Source: Candidatus Obscuribacterales bacterium (GTDB lineage Bacteria; Cyanobacteriota; Vampirovibrionia; Obscuribacterales; Obscuribacteraceae). From it: a stretch of DNA of 64,000 nt. The notes under the pieces are model-generated. The model was given only the letters and a program-made list of their open reading frames with translations. It ran no database searches and had not been told where the DNA came from. The translations under genes were made by a program, and so were the position numbers. Shown here in pieces: positions 57,412 through 64,000 of the stretch. Position 1 is the first letter of the stretch. Every line of letters starts with the position of its first letter. The DNA is taken from NCBI GenBank assembly GCA_965228855.1, contig CBDDIJ010000003.1:3072001-3136000 (forward strand), read 5' to 3'.

Positions 57412-58257
57412 TTAAACTTCGACGAATTCAGGATGAACGGGCTCATCATAAAGCCCTCGTTCATTAGCCATCTCGAAAAGCTTATTAATCGCGGCGCGAC
57501 CATTAACACCGTGATCTACAGACAGTTTATTGACATACATGTGGACAAATTTGTCAGCGAGATCGGTCGGCAAATCGCGTGAGAAGGTCAAGGCATACTC
57601 GAGTGCCTGTTCTCGATTCTCCAACGCATACTCGATAGCGCGGCGAATCAATACAGTCACCTCTTCAATCATTTCCTTACCGAGATCCTTACGAATCACA
57701 TTTCCGCCCAGCGGAAGCGGTAGTCCGGTTTGTTCGTGCCACCACTCACCAAGATTGACGATTTTTTTCAAACCTTCCGCCTGATACGTCAACTGTCCTT
57801 CGTGAATCAGAAGCCCAGCATCATAATTGCCTGCTTGCACTTCCTCGATGATCTGGTTGAACGGGACTTCGAATACATTCAAACCGGGCTGGTACAAACG
57901 CAACGTCAAATAGGCGGTCGTCATCTCTCCAGGAATTGCGATACGGGCTTTCAGAAGCTCTTCCCTGGTCAGTTCTTTCGGCGCGACCAGCACCGGTCCA
58001 TAATTCTCGCCCATGCTCGCGCCGCACGGCATAAGCATGTATTTGTCTTTCACATGCGGGTACGCGGCAAACGAAATCGCGGTGACTTCGTAACGACCGG
58101 TCATTGCCTCTTTATTGAGTGATTGAATGTCGTTGAATGCCTGATTGACCTTCAGTCCATTGGTGTCCAACAGACCTTTTGCCAGCGCGTAGAACATGAA
58201 CGCGTCGTCGGAATCAGGACTGTGAGCGACTGTAATCTCTCTAGCTTGGACAACCAT
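57412..58257 (-). CDS. mqnD: 1,4-dihydroxy-6-naphthoate synthase (futalosine menaquinone pathway)
   Basis: AHSPDSDDAFMFYAL, GASMGENYGP, LLIHEGQLTY, GEWW..TGLPLPLGG, MYVN. Confidence 0.9.
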   Translation of the reverse strand: MVVQAREITVAHSPDSDDAFMFYALAKGLLDTNGLKVNQAFNDIQSLNKEAMTGRYEVTAISFAAYPHVKDKYMLMPCGASMGENYGPVLVAPKELTREELLKARIAIPGEMTTAYLTLRLYQPGLNVFEVPFNQIIEEVQAGNYDAGLLIHEGQLTYQAEGLKKIVNLGEWWHEQTGLPLPLGGNVIRKDLGKEMIEEVTVLIRRAIEYALENREQALEYALTFSRDLPTDLADKFVHMYVNKLSVDHGVNGRAAINKLFEMANERGLYDEPVHPEFVEV

Positions 58258-58450
58258 TAGAAATTCCTCGGGTCGGGACCGCGATTGGTGATTTGTCGCA
58301 TAAGTTTATTAGATCCAGGGTCAAAACTGCCTGTAAATCAATAAAGTGTGAATATTCGTTCTTATACTGCGAACCCGGACGCAGCGGTTTAAACCTTGTG
58401 CAACACTCAAGGAAACCGGCTTCGGAGCAATTTCCAGGCGTTTCGGAGCA

Positions 58451-60982
<2,532 letters not shown>

Positions 60983-60991
60983 TTAGTAAAT

Positions 60992-62248
60992 TCACTCGTT
61001 CAAAAGATTATCGTGCAATTCGCCCCCGACACGGAGACTGGCTTGCAATGCCATTATAGGCTCGACGAGAACAGGACGCAAAACGGTTTCCGGCTCATAG
61101 ACAATTTTGCAGAGAATATCGTATACCGCAGGATCCAGCTGCTTAAGATATTCACGACTGGGTTTGACGCTAAACGCTGCGACGCACTCAGCCCAGTACT
61201 CATGGTGCGTCGAGCGTGCATAACCGGAGATAAAAATCCGTTTGTCTATATGATGCTGAGGAACGAGCTCGGCAGCGCCAGGGTATTCTTCCGGCAGCGG
61301 ATGCAACTTGTCGCAACGCTTCTTCTGCTCGCGATACAGGTCTTTAATGCGCTCCTGAGTAGCTTGAGACAGTACAAATTCGAGCTGATGCCCGAATTCA
61401 TGTGCGACTACCAGATTTACACGAACTTCGAGCATTTCTTTGATGCGAGTGTAAACGGCGGCAAACACACCATGCTTGTAGTAGTAGTCAATGTCGCGGT
61501 CAAATTCTTCTTTGTCCAGAGTGACGTTGCCTGTGCGCACGCCTGTCTGTCCGGCGGCTCCGTGTTTCACATTGCCCAGCGCACAGTTGCCCTCGGTTGT
61601 GCGCACTACCTGAAGTAGACCACTGGAGGCCCATAGCTTTAAATTCTCGAACAGATACTTCTTTTGCGTCCCGTTCAATCCATCGAAATCCATGAAGTAG
61701 CGAATCATCTCCGCTTCTCCATAAGGTCTGTCCTTACGAAAGAGCGGTCGGTGCCACTCATGTTTCATCGAATCGCCGCTACTCTTTTTGCCTTCGATGA
61801 TCGTGCCCAATTGATTGGACTCGTCCAGCTTGCGCTTCGGCACGCGATTGCGATGATCGCGCAGAAAGATAGTGCCATCATCGTCTATCTCGCCGACCAG
61901 TCCGTGATCCGGCGCCGCAATCCGGCCATTAACGACGTGATAAAGCACACCGTTGAATTTCATAGAACCTGACGGACCGCCTTCACCCGCCGGCAGTACC
62001 AATTCCAGCCCCTGCGAGTCTATTCCGCGAAACACGCATCCTGGAAGTGTTTCAATAGGACGAAGCTTTGAATGAGCGCCGAGGACGCCGCTGGTGTTTT
62101 GCAGGTAACCGTCGTCGTACAGCACTCCTACCGGATTGCCGTCATGGTATATGCGACCGAAGTCGACAACGAGCATCTGTCCGTCCATCTCCAGAAACCC
62201 GCTTGGACCCCGTATTGCGCTTTTCTCAGCGGAAGGTTTTGCCGACAT
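60992..62248 (-). CDS. Zincin metalloprotease of anthrax-lethal-factor-like type with duplicated N-terminal beta domain
   Basis: VAHEFGHQLE, ISGYARS..HEYWAEC, YLKQLDPAVYD; no signal peptide. Confidence 0.7.
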   Translation of the reverse strand: MSAKPSAEKSAIRGPSGFLEMDGQMLVVDFGRIYHDGNPVGVLYDDGYLQNTSGVLGAHSKLRPIETLPGCVFRGIDSQGLELVLPAGEGGPSGSMKFNGVLYHVVNGRIAAPDHGLVGEIDDDGTIFLRDHRNRVPKRKLDESNQLGTIIEGKKSSGDSMKHEWHRPLFRKDRPYGEAEMIRYFMDFDGLNGTQKKYLFENLKLWASSGLLQVVRTTEGNCALGNVKHGAAGQTGVRTGNVTLDKEEFDRDIDYYYKHGVFAAVYTRIKEMLEVRVNLVVAHEFGHQLEFVLSQATQERIKDLYREQKKRCDKLHPLPEEYPGAAELVPQHHIDKRIFISGYARSTHHEYWAECVAAFSVKPSREYLKQLDPAVYDILCKIVYEPETVLRPVLVEPIMALQASLRVGGELHDNLLNE

Positions 62249-62415
62249 TAGCTCTGACAGAGACCTTGAACCTCAAAATTACCTCTCTAATTGCATTCTA
62301 GAACGAAAGTGATACGGATATGTACCCTTTCTGCAATTATCATGCGCTTTTTGGGGATGAAACCGATTATCTGGGTTTCCCAACCGCGCCCATCAGTTTT
62401 TAGACTGTAAACGGT

Positions 62416-63066
62416 CTAAACAGCCGCTTTAGCAGACTTCCAGTCGGCGAGGAATTTCTCGAGCCCGGCATCCGTCAGCGGATGGGAGACAAGCTGTTTA
62501 AAGACTTTGAACGGCATCGTGCAAGCGTCGGCGCCGCCCAGAGCCGCTTGTTGAACGTGCATCGGCGTGCGGATGCTGGCTGCCAGAACCTGAGTGTCGA
62601 GAGCCTGGATGTGATACATCTCGGCGATTTGCGAGACCAGGTCGGAGCCATCCTGGTTGATGTCATCAAGTCGTCCGACGAACGGGCTGACGAAGTATGC
62701 ACCCGCACGAGCGGCGAGAAGAGCCTGATTGACCGAGAAGCAAAGTGTGACGTTGACCTTGATTCCGTCCTTGCTCATTTGTTTGCAAGCGCCCAATCCA
62801 GCAGGCGTCAGCGGGACTTTGACGACGACATTTTCCGCCCAGGTTGCAATGTCGCGACCTTCCTTCAGCATGCCTTCGAGATCCTCGGAGACGCACTCCG
62901 CACTGACTGGACCGCTCACGATCTTGCAGATCTCCTGGACAAGTTTCTTAAAATCCCGTTTTTCCTTCACCACGAGCGATGGATTGGTGGTGATACCGTC
63001 AAGAACGCCCCAGGCTGCGATTTCCTGAATCTCATCCAGGTTGGCCGTATCCAAAAATAGCTGCAC
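62416..63066 (-). CDS. tal: Transaldolase, small TalC/FSA-like family
   Basis: [38 protein letters not shown] (Phe and Glu indicate transaldolase rather than FSA). Confidence 0.93.
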   Translation of the reverse strand: MQLFLDTANLDEIQEIAAWGVLDGITTNPSLVVKEKRDFKKLVQEICKIVSGPVSAECVSEDLEGMLKEGRDIATWAENVVVKVPLTPAGLGACKQMSKDGIKVNVTLCFSVNQALLAARAGAYFVSPFVGRLDDINQDGSDLVSQIAEMYHIQALDTQVLAASIRTPMHVQQAALGGADACTMPFKVFKQLVSHPLTDAGLEKFLADWKSAKAAV

Positions 63067-63186
63067 AATAAACCTTCCTTTTGCAAAGCGCGTGTTAAAT
63101 GCAAATCAAAACTCTACGATTCAAAAGTATAGCGAAGTGCTATGGGTAAGATGAACATGCAAGGTTGTAATTAGAAGGTAGTCTTA

Positions 63187-64000
63187 GTGACGAGTGCCCG
63201 AAATAACAGCGTGAACTCTTTTCAAGTTCTCTGCGCCGCAGTGCTGGGCATCGGCATAGGTATCGGCGTCACATGGCATCTCGACCACCAGGGTATCCGA
63301 AGCAGAGTTGCGCCCGCAGTTAAGGCTCAGCTAAAGAAGCTTTCACCTCAAAATCTTTCCAGGGTTGCTCAGTCGGTCAGCCCATTTCCGCGAATGGAAG
63401 GACGCACCAATGTTTTGCTCATGGGCGTCGACTCCAATGGTCGAAAGGCCAAGCGCTTCCTTAATACGCGCTCCGACACCATGATTCTTGCGAGCCTCGA
63501 CCCGGAAACTCACAAAGTAGGTCTGATCTCAATTCCGCGCGACAGTCGTGTTCGCATCGCCGATCACAAAGGTCTCGACAAAATCAACTCGGCGCATGCT
63601 CTGGGCGGGCCAGAACTGGCGAAGAAAACAGTTGAGCAGTTGCTCGGCATAACAGTAGACCACTATGTTGTCATTGACACCCAGGGTCTGAAGAGCGTTT
63701 GTGAAATCATCGGACCGATTGAAGTAAAAGTCGAGAAACGAATGCGATACCGCGATCGCGCATCGGGTCTCAACATTGATCTGGAACCAGGTCTGCAAAA
63801 GTTGTCAGCCGCACAAGTCGAAGAATACGTCCGCTTCCGCCACGATCAGAAAGGCGACCTCGGTCGGATCGATCGTCAGCAGTGGTTTTTGCGCCAGGCT
63901 TCGCATAAATTCAAAGAGCCGTCAGTGGTCTTGAAATTGCCTGACATCATTAAGTTCGCGAACGAATACATCGTGACAGATTTGAGCATCAACGACATGG
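63187..64000 (+). CDS. LytR-CpsA-Psr (LCP) family protein (3'-truncated; missing from the ORF track)
   Basis: Manual translation from GTG 63187: TM helix, NVLLMGVDS, RSDTMIL, SIPRDSRV, DKINSAHALGG, YVRFRHD, GDLGRIDRQQ. Confidence 0.93.
   Translation, partial: MTSARNNSVNSFQVLCAAVLGIGIGIGVTWHLDHQGIRSRVAPAVKAQLKKLSPQNLSRVAQSVSPFPRMEGRTNVLLMGVDSNGRKAKRFLNTRSDTMILASLDPETHKVGLISIPRDSRVRIADHKGLDKINSAHALGGPELAKKTVEQLLGITVDHYVVIDTQGLKSVCEIIGPIEVKVEKRMRYRDRASGLNIDLEPGLQKLSAAQVEEYVRFRHDQKGDLGRIDRQQWFLRQASHKFKEPSVVLKLPDIIKFANEYIVTDLSINDM

Noticed and set aside
63529..63798. 89-aa minus-strand ORF
   Set aside because: Antisense shadow of the plus-strand LCP gene.

Overview
Gene-dense bacterial chromosomal window with about 48 CDS. 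I see no rRNA, tRNA, CRISPR-cas, transposase or prophage. Housekeeping genes include uvrC, radA, lgt, hpf, thpR, mnmA, mfd with a PrsA/SurA-like PPIase, prs, comF, hemL, a ykuU/ykuV-like peroxiredoxin pair, rplU-rpmA, murE, mqnD, tal and a partial LCP gene. These are interspersed with many TPR proteins, Ser/Thr kinases and low-complexity proteins. The mix of cyanobacteria-like core genes, no photosynthesis genes, futalosine-pathway MqnD and expanded TPR/kinase/MshEN families suggests a non-photosynthetic cyanobacterial relative (Vampirovibrionia/Melainabacteria, e.g. Obscuribacterales). That assignment is inference only. Most notable items: (1) a 606-aa protein joining a predicted ribbon-helix-helix fold, a D/E tract and a 28-aa RG/GYG tandem-repeat tail, a nucleolin/FUS-like condensate-type architecture; (2) a tight operon of a KLC-type TPR protein, two membrane-anchored kinases with non-canonical catalytic loops and a superinfection-immunity-domain membrane protein; (3) a two-zincin operon pairing a lethal-factor-like protease with a prion-like secreted matrixin; (4) two non-coding repeat regions, a REP/BIME-like AABB array at 6.3-7.0 kb and a 1-kb spacer at 46.4-47.5 kb holding 38-, 20- and 14-bp tandem arrays; (5) a stand-alone protein with four MshEN domains. 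All family calls are by motif recognition; no searches were run.
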